DNA from: Octopus sinensis
Taxonomy: Eukaryota
NCBI RefSeq assembly: GCF_006345805.1
Contig: NW_021831832.1
Coordinates: 1-64,000, forward strand
Length of the DNA stretch: 64,000 nucleotides
Direction of reading: 5' to 3'
Shown here piece by piece: positions 51,188-64,000 of this stretch. Numbering within the stretch: position 1 is the stretch's first letter; each line of letters starts with the position of its first letter. The position numbers and the translations under genes were made by a program. The notes under the pieces were generated by a model. It did no database searches and was not told where the DNA came from. It worked only from the letters and a program-made list of their open reading frames with translations.

Positions 51188-54100
51188 AAACCTAAGTTAA
51201 CCCCTTGTTTTGCATGTCCTGGTCACATGTAACATTAGTACCATTTCTTAAAATACTATTTCATGGACAGTTGTTGGCGGTGGCGTTTAATCGTGTGTCT
51301 GGTAAGTTATTTGGTTTCTTCTTGACCACTTCTTCCCCTCTCATCATCATCCTCGTTTAACGTCCGCTTTCAATGCTAGCATGGGTTGGACGGTTCAACT
51401 AGGGTCTGGGAAGCCCAAAGGCTGCACCAGGCCAGTCAGATCTGGCAGTGTTTCTACAGCTGGATGCCCCTCCTAACGCCAACCACTCCAAGAGTGTAGT
51501 GGGTCATTTTATGTGCCACCGACAAAGGTGCCAGACGAGGCTGGCGAACAGCCACGCTCGGATGGTGTTTTTTACGTGCCACCGGCACAGAGGCCAGGCA
51601 ACGCTGGCACGGCCACGATCGGATGGTGTTCGTTACGTGCCACCAGCACGGAGGCCAGTCAATGCGGTGCTGGCTACGGCCTATGTCCGTATTTATACCC
51701 CTGATGACTAAGGAGGCCGATTCTTGCATGGGAACATCTGTTGCAAAGTTCACAGGGATCCGTAATGGAGGCTTTGGTTGTTGCAGTCTCTATTTTCTTC
51801 CTTATCATTTCTCTCCCTCTTTCCTCTTTCGTTCAGCTTCAAAATGATCTGTCACAATGAAGATGGAATGATCCCAGCTGGGCCTGTCCTGATCTTCAGT
51901 GGCCCAGGCTTTCATAAATAGTAAATCAGTCTTTAAATAAACTAGCAGTATCGCCCGACGTTGCTCGGGTTTGTTTCGACCCTTTAGAATTGGAATTTTT
52001 GAAAAGTAAAAATTTTGCATTACGTGGCTTGTTATTCTCTTTAAGTGAACATTTTTCTGGTTGAAATACACCGAAAAATGGCGACACAGCAGTCAAAAAA
52101 TTGTAAAAATAGGGATTTTCAGAGAAAAAAAGCACCTTTTTGATGTAAATAATTTTTGGTGTTAACATGGTCTGATTGGAATTTTCTCTTCTACAGAAGG
52201 AAGAGCAAGCCTTCTTCTATCATACTCTCAATTTTGGTCAACTTGCGCCGCAGGGTCTTGGAGGAGATAGTGTTAGTTGAAGGCTACCAAACCTGCCATA
52301 CACAGACAACTTCAGCTTTATATACAGAGAGAGATAATTTTTTTCTCCAGGCATGGTTGTGTGGTGCTCAGTTTCTGTCTTAAAAAAAAAAAAAAAATCT
52401 CCCACAAAGCATTGATGGCGCACCAGGGCTTTAATACAAGACACTTGGCCAAAGTGACACAGTGGGACTGAACCTAAAGCCATATAGTTGCAATGCAAGC
52501 GTTTGAACCACACAGCCATTTTCCTCCTTTTTTTTTAGTTATTTGTTATTTGGTCAAAATATCTAAACTTGGGGTAGAGGCACATCGATGAGGTTGTGAA
52601 TAGCAATGAAAGGACTTTAAGAAACCTAGCTGATTAATTGATTGACTGAGCAATTAATCAGCCAGTTAATTAGCTAAATGATTAACTAATCAATTAATAA
52701 TAGAAGTGAAATATAACCAGTGTGTGTGTTTTACTAGTATTGGCTTAATGACCCTCCCAAGATACAACAAAATCTGTTCCAACAAGATTTTGCATCAATA
52801 ATCTTGCAAACCAAATACAAAAACTAAATATCCAAATTTGAAGAACAGTGCCAAAACACGATCCAGTGAAAGGCAGAATGCAAGAATGTAGCGACGTTTC
52901 CAAAGACAGATTAATGTGAAACATTAAGTAATTCACTGCACCTGACTAAACTTGTTCTTCTTCAGTGTAATTTATTTGAAATTGGTGCCAGATTTATTGA
53001 AAATGTGTGAATGACAAGAGACAAAAGTTAGGATACAAAAATAATTTATTGGATTTGCAAATACAATTATTATTATTGTAGATATTTAAGAAAGTCTAGA
53101 ATGCTAAGAGATTGAAGGCAGTATATTAAAATATGTAGGCTATCAAATATTGTTAAATTAAACTTGCAGTTATTTAAGAAAGAAAAGAATATTAGGCTTA
53201 TACATAAATTTGTCATGAAATCATTAAAAATAATTCAAAGAACCCAAGAAGTTTTAGAGACCAATTTTAATAACAAATATTAAAAGCTTAAAGATTTGGA
53301 TAAGAAGCTATTATCTCCAAACTTTTAACAAAACACCAAGAATCTTGAAAAATTGCCCAATGGTTTTACTTAGAATAGTAAAAATTGTGCCATAAAAAAC
53401 ACAAAAACTGTCAGGATTAACATTCAGATATCCTGTCAAAATTTTAAAAATCAATTAAAATTAATACAAGCTTGTTCCCAGTTCAAATCTCTTTTAAGCT
53501 GTAAAGCTATTTATGTATTTTGCCATGGTGAAAATTTTTCGCTGTAGGTAAAAAGGTGTAACTACATCAAGTCAGCTCAGAGCATCACTTTTGCCAGATT
53601 GTTGGATGCAGACATTTTGGAGTGGTTACTTCCTCCTGTCAGTACCCAGCAACTGCATTTCTAGTCTCTGTTGCTGTAGAGGAGATAACCACTCTGAAAT
53701 GCATCCATCCCAAAGTCTGGTCAGGTCATGCTGCAAACTGGGTCACAGTACTTACACCTATTTGTGTACAGGAGAAAAATTTTCTCTATGACAAAATACA
53801 GTGAATGGCCTTTTTTCTTTTTTTACAGGTTTGAGTATGCCTCAAACAGATTTGAACTGGTAACAAGTTTATATTATGTGAGGTGCATAGATCATCGTCG
53901 TCATCATCATCATCGTTTAACATCCGCTTTCCATGCTGGCATGGGTTGGACGATTTGACTGAGGACTGACGAACCAGATGGCTACACCAGGCTCCAATCT
54001 GATCTGGCAGAGTTTCTTCAGCTGGATGACCTTCCAAATGCCAACCACTTTACAGTGTGGACCAAAACACAAGAGGGACCTGTCCCACCATGTCAGTTCC

Positions 54101-55829
54101 CAGCATCTGTCTTTCTAGTCTCTTGTTGCTGTAGAGGAGATAACCACTCTGAAATGCATCCATCCCAAAGTCTGGTCAGGTCATGCAAACTGACTCACTG
54201 TACTTACACCTGGAAGCCATCTGCTCATGATACCAGAAGGTGCACACTCTCCTACCCTGATGTAATACAGGCATCCAGCAACAGGACCTCCGTAATGCTA
54301 TGATGGACCGTGATAGTAATGCTATCATAAAATGCTATGATAGTAAATTCCATTGTCTCGACCACGGTCGAACAATAAAAAAGAACAAAAACCAGTTAAC
54401 AACTTTGGTTCATCTTGTGTAGCTGGCATAACGTTACCTTAAAGCATATCTGCAACAATGTATATATTTTCCGCTTCTAAAAGATGTCAAATGTTGAAAA
54501 GTCTTGAAGTTGAAATGACAAATTCTAACCTGTTTAAAATACTTCCTTTACCTGGTTTTTTGAGGGTGGTGGTGGAAATCCGCTAATTTGATAAAATCTT
54601 AAAGATCCTTTTTATAAATGATGTCCCAATTACCTTTCAACTATGAAAAAATATAGTTCTAGCTACAGATTCTGTTAAGCATTTCAATGGCCATTTTTTA
54701 CATTTGACGGATATTTGTCCTCATCTTGTTTTTGTTAACACAATGTTTCAGCTGATATACCCTCCAGCCTTCATCAGGTGTCTTGGGGAAATTTTGGACC
54801 TGAGTTCTCATTCCCTAAGGTATTTTTCGATGTTATTATTATTATTCAGGTCACTGCTTGGAATCGAACTTGGAATCTTGAGGTTAGTAGCCCACGCTCT
54901 TAACCACTATGCCATATGCCCATATAACAATAATGATAATAACATCGAAAAATACCTTAGGAATGAGACCCCAGGTTTGAAATTTCCCCAAGACACCTGA
55001 TGAAGGCTGAAAGGTATATCAACTGTAATGTTGTGTTAACAACAAACAAGATGAGGACAAATATCCGTCAACTGTAAATAATTCATCTCTTAAATATAGA
55101 ACTGTATTTCAATGGCCATCAGGTATTCTACTAACACCACAGATTCTGTGGAATCATCATCATCGTTTAACGTTCGCTATCCATGCTAGCATGGGTTGGA
55201 CAATTTGACTGAGGTCTGGCGAACCAGATGGCTGCACCAGGCTCCAATCTTGATTTGGCAGAGTTTCTAGAATGTAAATTCTAAATAACATAGGTGAGAA
55301 AAAAAAAAATTATCTCTGTCTAAACCTGGTAAAACTTTTATACCATAAAAAAAATTCAAAGAAGCAGAAGGATATTTTAGTTATTATTTTAGATGTCTCT
55401 ACTTTGAATATCAGAAATCTAATAGTCATGTGATCAGGGCATATTTTCAAAATTGGAAAAAAGAAAAATAGCCAAGTCAAAAATTTTAATAGCAAGAGTA
55501 AAAAGTAAAATATTAATGTAAACCAGATTCTTAAGCTCTCTTTTTTTTTTGTGGGTCAAATGGGCCTTTTACGATAAGTTGTATTCCCAGCAGCCTTTAA
55601 AATGAATTTTAGCAAAAGACCCAAAGCAGGAATGTGATGAAGACGAAACACCAAAATCCTTGGGTTTACAACAAACTGTGCTTAGGTAAGCAATGAAAGA
55701 GAGATAAATATAGCAACGATAGCTTGAGCAAGTTTATTAAAGTATCAAGAGTGAAAAGAATAATGTGTAACATTGAAAGACTGATGACGTTAATTAAACT
55801 CAAACTGCACATGGTCCTAATTATGTTTA

Positions 55830-55864
<35 letters not shown>

Positions 55865-56037
55865 TCAAGTGAAATTAGTCTTTTTGAAGTACAGAGACAG
55901 ATATTAAGAAATTTATAGGTTCGACAAAAATATGCATCAAATATGATGAAACAAAAAATGTGAGTAATTAGAATACAAGTGTTTATATGAAAGAAAAATA
56001 ATTAACTTTCAAGTGTTCAGTCATTTTGAGAAGCTAT

Positions 56038-56100
56038 CTATGAAGGCGTTTCCCCTCTTTTGGAATTACAAAGGCAGCAGGCGAAGACGATGAGAAACAA
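56038..56100 (-). CDS. Tetraspanin copy 2, exon 7 (identical to copy 1)
   Basis: Exact reverse complement of 34867-34929, including acceptor and stop. Exons 1-4 of this copy would lie beyond the window end. Confidence 0.88.
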   Translation of the reverse strand: MFLIVFACCLCNSKRGETPS

Positions 56101-57429
56101 CTGAAATAGAAATGGAAATAAACAGGTGAACATACAGGCATCTCGTTAGACAAGCATCAACGTAAAAATAACAGGTGAATATACACAAGTCTCAGGATTA
56201 AATTCACAGAGTTGAATATATATAGTTATCAAGGTTAATAAGAGATGACTAGCACTATGACCCGGCAACGCCGGGTCATAGTTCTAGTGCATGCATATAC
56301 AGCTGCGTGCGTGCGCACATACACGCGAGTACTGTCCAAATCTCCGACCAATCACATACAGCTAGCTGGCATTCAATTGGCGTATCAAGTTTCGGGCATT
56401 TTGATTGGGTTTTGGATAGAAAATTCACAAAAAAGTCACTTCTGTTGAATTTTTTAATGGCTTTGTAGGGTGACTGGGGAAATGTAAAGATGTGCACGAC
56501 CACCCTTGGACGGTTTTGAATGACCATTGAAAGTGCGAGCCCTCTAACTGAAAAATTGTGGTTTTGTATAAAGGACACACACACACACAGACATTTTGCC
56601 GTTTATATATAGAGAGATATCAATACATAGGCATCAACACATGCTCGTGTATTATTTATTTTTAAAAAATGGGGGGGGGGTGAGGAAACTGCACGTATGT
56701 TACATAACTTAGAAGCAGCGGTGCGGATGTGCCAGCACACACAAGCTTGAGACATGGCTGCCCTCATGCACTTCTCACGAGGAATTCCGGAAGGAGCTTC
56801 GTGAGACAAGTGCAGAAACACTCCGGGGGGAGGGGGGGGAACAGAAAACTGTTCAAAAATCAATTATAGCCGTGACTTGATCAATCCCTATGGACATCTG
56901 AAAAAGGGATTTTTATATTCCGAAATATTACATCAGACTATGGATGGTTAAATTACAACGGTTATTCTAGTGCATTGTTGTGCCATTCAAGACACATCAT
57001 TTTTTACAAACAATACACAATGCTTCAAGCAAACTACAAGACTCTCCTAGAGGCATCAAAGTAAATCCACAGAGCTTACAGCATCCAAAGATGCTAGGAG
57101 ATAACATTTTCAGAGCTTGTACTAAAGTGGTGCCCAGCCCAAACATCAGTAAAGTCCGAACAAGCTACCAAACCATATCATGAGTATAGTAGAAGACACT
57201 TGCCCAAGGTGCCATGCAGTGGAACTGAACCCAAAGCCATGTGGTTGGTAAGCAAGCTACTTACCACACAGCCACTCCTGCGCCTGTACGGCACATGGCG
57301 CCACGCAAGTGTTTTCACTTGGCACCGACACAGGACTCTTAAAGATCAATCCTTTTCACCTGGGGGAGCAGCCTTAACAATTCTGCTGTGGTGGAAGGGT
57401 CTTCTTGAATACTTTACAGCAATGCTTAC

Positions 57430-57462
<33 letters not shown>

Positions 57463-58212
57463 GTGTGTGTGTGTGTGTGTGGTGTGTGTGTGTGTGTGTA
57501 TGTAACAAATGAGAGAAAAAGAAAATAGAATTCTCAAGATCCTTTATTAACAATTGCTTCAACACACCTTGCATTGGTCTCTCGCAGGTATATCATCATC
57601 ATCATCCAGTGTTTTAAATCTGGGTTTTGTCTCTGTTAATGGGGGTGGTCGGATCTACTTCAATGCCATAGCAACCACCCTCACACCATCTCACCCTGTT
57701 TTGGGTGTCCTCCCTTTTCAAGCCAACCCTCCCTTATCTCCTCCTCCACCTGTCCCCTCCACGTTTTCATCAGTTTACCTCGCTTTCGCTGTCCATTTAC
57801 CTCCAATTCAAGCACCCTCCTCATCCCCCCCCTCAACATATGCCCCCATACCACTGCACTCCATTCGCCCTTGCCAGCCATTCCACTCATTCCTCCAACC
57901 CCAGCATCCCCCATCAAATCCTCAGTCCTCCTCTCATCAAACAGCTTCACACCACACATTTCTCTCACCATTGCTCTCTCGGTCCTCCTAAAAATTTCCA
58001 TCTCTCTCTCCCTCAAACACCCAACTCTAAAATAGTTATTTATATACAAGTAGGGTGTGATGGGTAAATTGTCACCATTTTATATTTTCAATTCACACAT
58101 TTAAAAAAAAAATTTTGTCAACTACACAGCATAGTAGGGTTAGTTGGGCACCGTCTGTAAGAAAAAGCGCTTGGTAACAAAAGGGTTAAGAAATTCAAAA
58201 GTGAGAACATAC

Positions 58213-58305
58213 CTGCACCAGAATAATAGCGATGGCAATGCCAATGGCTGCAGGGAGATTTTTTTCGATAGTTTCTTTAACTTTTGTATAACAGCCTGGC
58301 CAATC
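58213..58305 (-). CDS. Tetraspanin copy 2, exon 6 (DWPGCYTKVKETIEKNLPAAIGIAIAIILVQ)
   Basis: Intact splice sites; 5 nt differences from copy 1 (I>K, T>A, V>A, V>L, one synonymous). Confidence 0.88.
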
Positions 58306-59579
58306 CTGAAGATATAAATTTATTATTATTATTATTATTAGAGACAGAAGCAACAACATCAATCTGCTTGTAATGATGTTCTCAGCTGCTTTTCTTGGAA
58401 TATTTACTAATCTATTTACACAGCTAAAACAACATTTAATAATCAACTTATGATAGAAATTCAAAAATTGTTTTCTTTTTGTTCTAATATTGGTTTCAGA
58501 TTTTGGAACCAAAATTGGAATTCAACAGTTAAAAGAATTATAGTTGAATATTGCTTTCTACTATAGGCACACAGCATGAAACTTTGGGGGGAGGGAGCCA
58601 GTTGATTACATCGACCTCAGTGCGTAACTGGTACGTATTTCATCGACCCTGAAAGGATGAAAGGCAAATTCGACCTTGGCGGAATTTGAACTCAGAACAT
58701 AACCGCAGACAAAGTATTTCACCCGGTATGCTAACATTTCTTATTTCTTTACTACCCACAAGGGGCTAAACACAGAGAGGACAAACAAGGACAGACAAAC
58801 GGATTAAGTCCATTACATCGACCCCAGTGCATAACTGGTACTTATTTAATCGATCCCGAAATGGATGAAAGGCAAAGTCGACCTCGGTAGAATTTGAACT
58901 CAGAACGTAGCGGCAGAAGAAATACTGCTTGGCATTTCGCCCGGCATGCTAACGTTTCTGCCAGCTCGCTGCCTTGTTATAATTAAATTTTACAATGCAT
59001 TTAATCTAATGCTCTGATGAGTGTTAGGTTAAATTTCAAGGAAGGGGTAAAATGATTTTACCAAGTCAAGTGCGCAACTGTTGTTTATTTTATTAACATC
59101 AAAAAGATGCAAGATAAAAAAAAAATCAACCTCAGCAGAATTTGAACTCAGAACATAAAGACAGACGAAACGCCATTTAGCATTTGCCCAGCATTTTAAC
59201 AATTCTGCCAGCTCACAGAAATGGTTTGAATGATTAACAAGCTTACTGTTTCCCAACAATGTGTTTCTAGGTTCAATCTCATGGCACAGAACCTGGGGCA
59301 AGTGTTTTTTGAACAGCCTGAAGCTTCACCTGCAATTTGATTCGGGGGTTTCAATAGGAAGGGGAAAACAGTGCAGACATCAGTCACGTGTGTGTATTTC
59401 ACCAGTCATCATCATCATCGTTTAACGTCCGTTTTCCGTGCTAGCATGGGTTGGATGGTTCAACTGGGGTCTGGGAAGCCAGAAGGCTGCACCAGGCTCC
59501 AGTCTGATCTGGCAGTGTTTCTACAGCTGGATGCCCTTCCTAACGCCAACCACTCCATGAGTGTAGTGATTGCTTTTTA

Positions 59580-60350
59580 CGTGCCAGGGGAGGCTGGCAA
59601 CATCCACGATCGGTTGGTGGTTTTTACGTGCCACTAGTACAGGTGCCAGGGGAGGCTGGCAACGGCCAAGATCGGTTGGTGCTTTTTACATGCCACCGGC
59701 ACAAGTGCCAGGGGAGGCTGGCAACGGCCACGATCGGTTGGTAGTTTTTACGTGCCACCAATACAGGTGCCAGGGTAGGCTGGCAATGGCCACGATCGGT
59801 TGGTGCTTTTTACGTGCCACCAGTACAGGTGCCAGGGTAGGCTGGCAATGGCCACGATCGGTTGGTGCTTTTTACGTGCCACCAGTACAGGTGCCAGGGT
59901 AGGCTGGCAATGGCCACGATCGGTTGGTGCTTTTTACGTGCCACCAGTACAGGTGCCAGGGTAGGCTGGCAATGGCCACGATCGGTTGGTGCTTTTTACG
60001 TGCCACCAATACAGGTGCCAGGGTAGGCTGGCAATGGCCACGATCGGTTGGTGCTTTTTACGTGCCACTAGTACAGGTGCCAGGGTAGGCTGGCAATGGC
60101 CACGATCGGTTGGTGCTTTTTACGTGCCACCAGTACAGGTGCCAGGGTAGGCTGGCAATGGCCACGATCGGTTGGTGCTTTTTACGTGCCACCAGTACAA
60201 GTGCCAGGGTAGGCTGGCAATGGCCACGATCGGTTGGTGCTTTTTACGTGCCACCAGTACAGGTGCCAGGGTAGGCTGGCAATGGCCACGTTCAGTTGGT
60301 GCTTTTTACATGCCACTGGCACAGGTGCCAGGGGAGGCTGGCAATGGCCA
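59580..60350 (-). repeat. 62-bp minisatellite (~12 units) inside a LINE 3' end
   Basis: Unit on +: gtgccaccagtacaggtgccagggtaggctggcaatggccacgatcggttggtgctttttac; near-perfect 62-bp period over ~59760-60290. Confidence 0.95.
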
Positions 60351-61939
60351 TGATCGGTTGTTGGCTTTTACGTGCGACCGACACGGAAGCCAGTCAAGGC
60401 GGCACTGGCAGTATTAAAAAAAAACAAAAATCAAAAAAAAAAAAAATCGGTGCATTTAAACAGAAATACACTGCATTTATTCTGTCACTTGCCATCAGAA
60501 ATGCAGGAAGCCAGTGGTTGGCAACTTAAATGTAAGCATTACTGACTCCGTACTGTTTAACGTCCACCTTCCATGTTAGCATGGGTGGGGCACTTTCACA
60601 AGAGCCAGCCAGGCAGAAGCCAGCACCGGACTTCTGTGACTGTTTTGGCAGGATTTTTACAGCTGAATGCCCCTCCTAACACCAACCACTCATGGAAGCG
60701 TCATCCAACCAAAGTACAAATATATGGGAAGTTACCACCTGTATCATCTCTTGTGAAAGGTAGAAGAGTCCAGTCTGCTGGACATTGTTGTAGAGCTGAA
60801 AACGAGGTAATTTCTACTCTTCTCCTCAGGAAGCCATCTGCTCGCAATACCAGAGGGCGCACACTCTCCTACCCTGATGTAATCTCCAGGGATACAGGCA
60901 TCCAGCAACAGGACCTCCATAATGCCATGATGGACCGTGAAGTCTGGCGTAGCATGGTAAATTCCATTGTCTCGACCACGGCAGAACAATGATGATTAAC
61001 TGGTAATGGAACAGTAACTGTGTATTGTTGTATATATCTTGGACCTTGCCACCTCATTGGTTTTTTTCCAAGAGTTTCACTTCTGGAACTCACAAACATA
61101 CTTTCAGGCTTGTCAGTTGTCACATATGTGACATGGTGCCAAAGATCCCAACATCACCATCAAAATATAGGACCAGACACTGCAACAGCTTGGGTTTCAG
61201 AGGACCACAGCTCTTCAATATCCTTCCTAAATGCCTGAGAGACCTTCACGGTGTGGATGTGGGTTTCTTTAAGACCGTGAGGTCTGGCGTAATATAGTAA
61301 ATACCATTGTCTCGACCACAGTCGAACAATGATGAGGATGCTTTTTATATAGCACAGGAAAGGTCAGTAGTGCTTTTTACGTGGCACAAGCACAGTCGAG
61401 AGGAGTGGTACTTTTTATGTGACACAGGCAAAAAACTTACAAAAATTAACTGAAACAGGAATATATCAACAACAATCCTTATGTATAGAGTTCAAAGTAT
61501 TACAGTCAAGAAGAAAAAATACCTGTAACATGGATGATTTAACTTTAAAATCTGATAAATTTATCATTTTGTACTGAGATTCAGTTAACTGGCTTCCCTT
61601 AACCCTTTAGTATTTAAACCGGCCATTTCCGGCCCAAATATTCTACATGCTTTTATGTTCAGACTGGCCATATTCAGCCTCTAACACCTACCCTACAATG
61701 TCATTCTAAAAATGAGCAACCACATCATCAAAATCTTAAAGCTACAAGATAATGCATGATTACTTCAAAACAGTGGGAATCAAAAAGCATTAAATTTGAT
61801 GGAGTACTCTGAGTATTAAAGGGTTAAATAACATCCTCCTCACACATGGGGTTTCTTAAAATAATATAAAAATTATTTTCACTTCTTCATAATGGTGTAA
61901 ACTTAAATTTTCTGTAAATTTTCCAAAAACAAGTCTTAC

Positions 61940-62005
61940 CATATTGTCACACCTGAAATTGTATTTAGCTACGTCTTCTGGCTCGTCAATACCACAACAA
62001 CTGTT
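61940..62005 (-). CDS. Tetraspanin copy 2, exon 5 (NSCCGIDEPEDVAKYNFRCDNM)
   Basis: Reverse complement of exon 5 with intact splice sites; one change, AAG>GAG (K>E). Confidence 0.88.
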
Positions 62006-63560
62006 CTGGAAAAAGAAAAAAAATCAAAGACTCAATCATACATTGATTATAAACGCCTATATTTTTATAGATTTTCCTCTATTCAGCTATGTCGTCTCAT
62101 TGACCTATCTCTGCATCTATCTATATGTATTTTTTTTTTTTATTTATCTAGTTTCAGCTCACAAGCTGTGGCCATGCTGGGGCACCACCATTAAAAAAGT
62201 CCTGGAGATGTATGTATACATTCATGTATCTTTATCTCTCTATCTCTCCACACAACACACACACACACACACACACATATTTGTCAATCAAATTATTACA
62301 TTATTCTAATAGGTCTAAAGATTTATTTCGTTTTGGGATTTGGTTTGCAAGGTTCTTTATATGAGTTCGTGTGTTGAAGCATATTCTATTGTGTCTGGGG
62401 AGAGTCATTTTCTTTTTGTGCCTTATTATGTAACACACTCACCGGTAAAATTTCCAAAGAGTCAAAACTATTGAAAAGGTTGCAAGACGCAACGAAAATT
62501 TTAGGAAAATAAAAATCTAAAGATTTAGATGATGGTTTAAACTGTTGACTTTTTAAAATATTAATCCATTTTAAAGTGAATCAAGAAACATAACACATTG
62601 ATGAATGTAAATGAGAAACCTGTTGTGAACTGTAAACTCCATCAGCCATTAATAACAGAATGTGATGGATTGTGCTAACAGAAGTGCTTTCAAAGCAGTC
62701 GTCAACATCTAACTCTGGACAACTATTAACCTATTGATGTATTTTTATAGACATTTAAGTTTTAATATACAGGGTGCTGTGAGTAAATTGTTGCCCTTTT
62801 ATGCTTTTAATTTTAAGTATATGCATTGTTTGTTTTACATTTTGTCAGCTACACAGTATAGTTGGGTCAGTTGGGCACTGTCTGTAAAAAAGACATCACC
62901 ATGATGTAATTCACTCAGCTAGAAATTTGGAAATGACAGGCTGTACTGCTTGGCATTTGTGCTGGAAGCTCCAATACAAACATTTCCAAGTGATTGGGTG
63001 TTGATCCGAGGACATATACCGAGAGTGATAAAAATCAAACGTCCAGTCAACATCATGGTGTTTGGAGTGATCACTAGTGATGGCAACGTTATGCATCCAT
63101 TCATCTTCCCACACAGCCTCACACTCAACACGGAGGCTAACATCAGGTGTCTGGAGGAGGCAGTGCTGCCCTGGGTCAAGAGGGTGGCCGCTGGAAGACC
63201 TTATGTCTGGCAACAGGACTCTGCACCATGCCTTACAAGTAAGAGAACCAACTCATGGCTGTCATTTCTGCGACCACATAACCCCTAACATCTGGCCACC
63301 TAACTCCCCATACTGCAACCCCCTGCATTATTATGTGTGGGACACAGTTGAGTGAGAGACCAACAAAACTCCTTGTAACACCAAAGAGGAACTGATGGCA
63401 AGGATTATGGCAGCACTGACCAACATAAACAAGGAGGCCATCCAGAAGAGTTGCAGGAGATTCCAAAGTCATCTGGAGGCCATGGTTGAAGCCAATGGCG
63501 ATTTTATTGAATAAATTTACTCTTTAGTATTTTAAGATATTTTTATGTAATTTTGGTAAA

Positions 63561-63939
63561 TCTCTCTCTATATAAACGGCAGTTTGTCTGTGTGCGTGTC
63601 TGTTAGGTTGTACCCTCACCCTGACCACGGCTTTCAACCGATTCTGATGAAACTTGACACACACATAGCCCAATGTCATAATTCAAAGCTAACGCAGCGA
63701 AAATTTAGAAAAGTTCCCCCAGTTCTGAAAAAGATCGATAAATTCGACATGGGGTCGACAATCAGAAACACAAACCACAGATGGTCTAGGGGACGCAACT
63801 CGACCTTTTTAACTCTCAAAAAAAAAATTTACCATCATTGTTTCCCCATTTTTTTGCTATTTTTTGGCTATAACTCTCTAAAAATGCTTATATAGTTATT
63901 TCCCTTACAAAGCCGAGCAACGCCGGGCGATACTGCTAG
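63561..63939 (+). mobile_element. Non-autonomous Helitron, right arm only
   Basis: ggtaaa|TCTC...ctgCTAG|tatatc. The left arm (27061-27072, reverse) reads ggtaaa|tatatc: A|T site, no TSD. Confidence 0.92.
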
Positions 63940-64000
63940 TATATCTTAAAATGAGATGTCAGTGTTATTTTCATTTTTGTGTAATTTAGATGACAGTTTA

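Larger units (their letters stand above)
45188..64000 (-). repeat. Right arm of large inverted segmental duplication (runs off the window)
   Basis: Mirror of 27006-42021 plus arm-specific insertions. Confidence 0.97.

Noticed and set aside
58213-58305. Positive selection on exon 6
   Set aside because: Too few sites; 4 of 5 non-synonymous is compatible with neutrality, and the flanking intron is similarly divergent.

Overview
Eukaryotic, AT-rich, repeat-dense genomic DNA. It is most likely Octopus (coleoid cephalopod), inferred from the repeat families rather than proven. (1) A complete 7-coding-exon tetraspanin gene on + (1414-34929, 227 aa, CCG motif, all introns phase 0). (2) Its intron 3 is about 99% occupied by one element: a ~20.7-kb tandem array (66+56+40 = 162-bp higher-order unit) that ends in the 3' tail of an RTE-clade LINE. 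The array is an expansion of that LINE family's 3'-UTR minisatellite. (3) From at least 27006 to the window end the sequence is a large inverted duplication (left arm 27006-42021, 3.2-kb spacer, right arm 45188-64000). It carries a second, convergent tetraspanin copy (exons 5-7 on -) with 5 amino-acid differences. The inner breakpoint lies inside a MITE terminal inverted repeat, and the arms differ by arm-specific insertions (3.4-kb RTE LINE, 379-bp Helitron, 675-bp nested SINE). (4) Many SINEs, MITEs, Helitrons and LINE fragments, including a tRNA-headed fold-back element with a minimal hammerhead-ribozyme motif. No prokaryotic genes, CRISPR arrays, rRNA or true tRNA genes. Most ORF-track entries are repeat-derived noise. 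All alignments and counts were done by eye.
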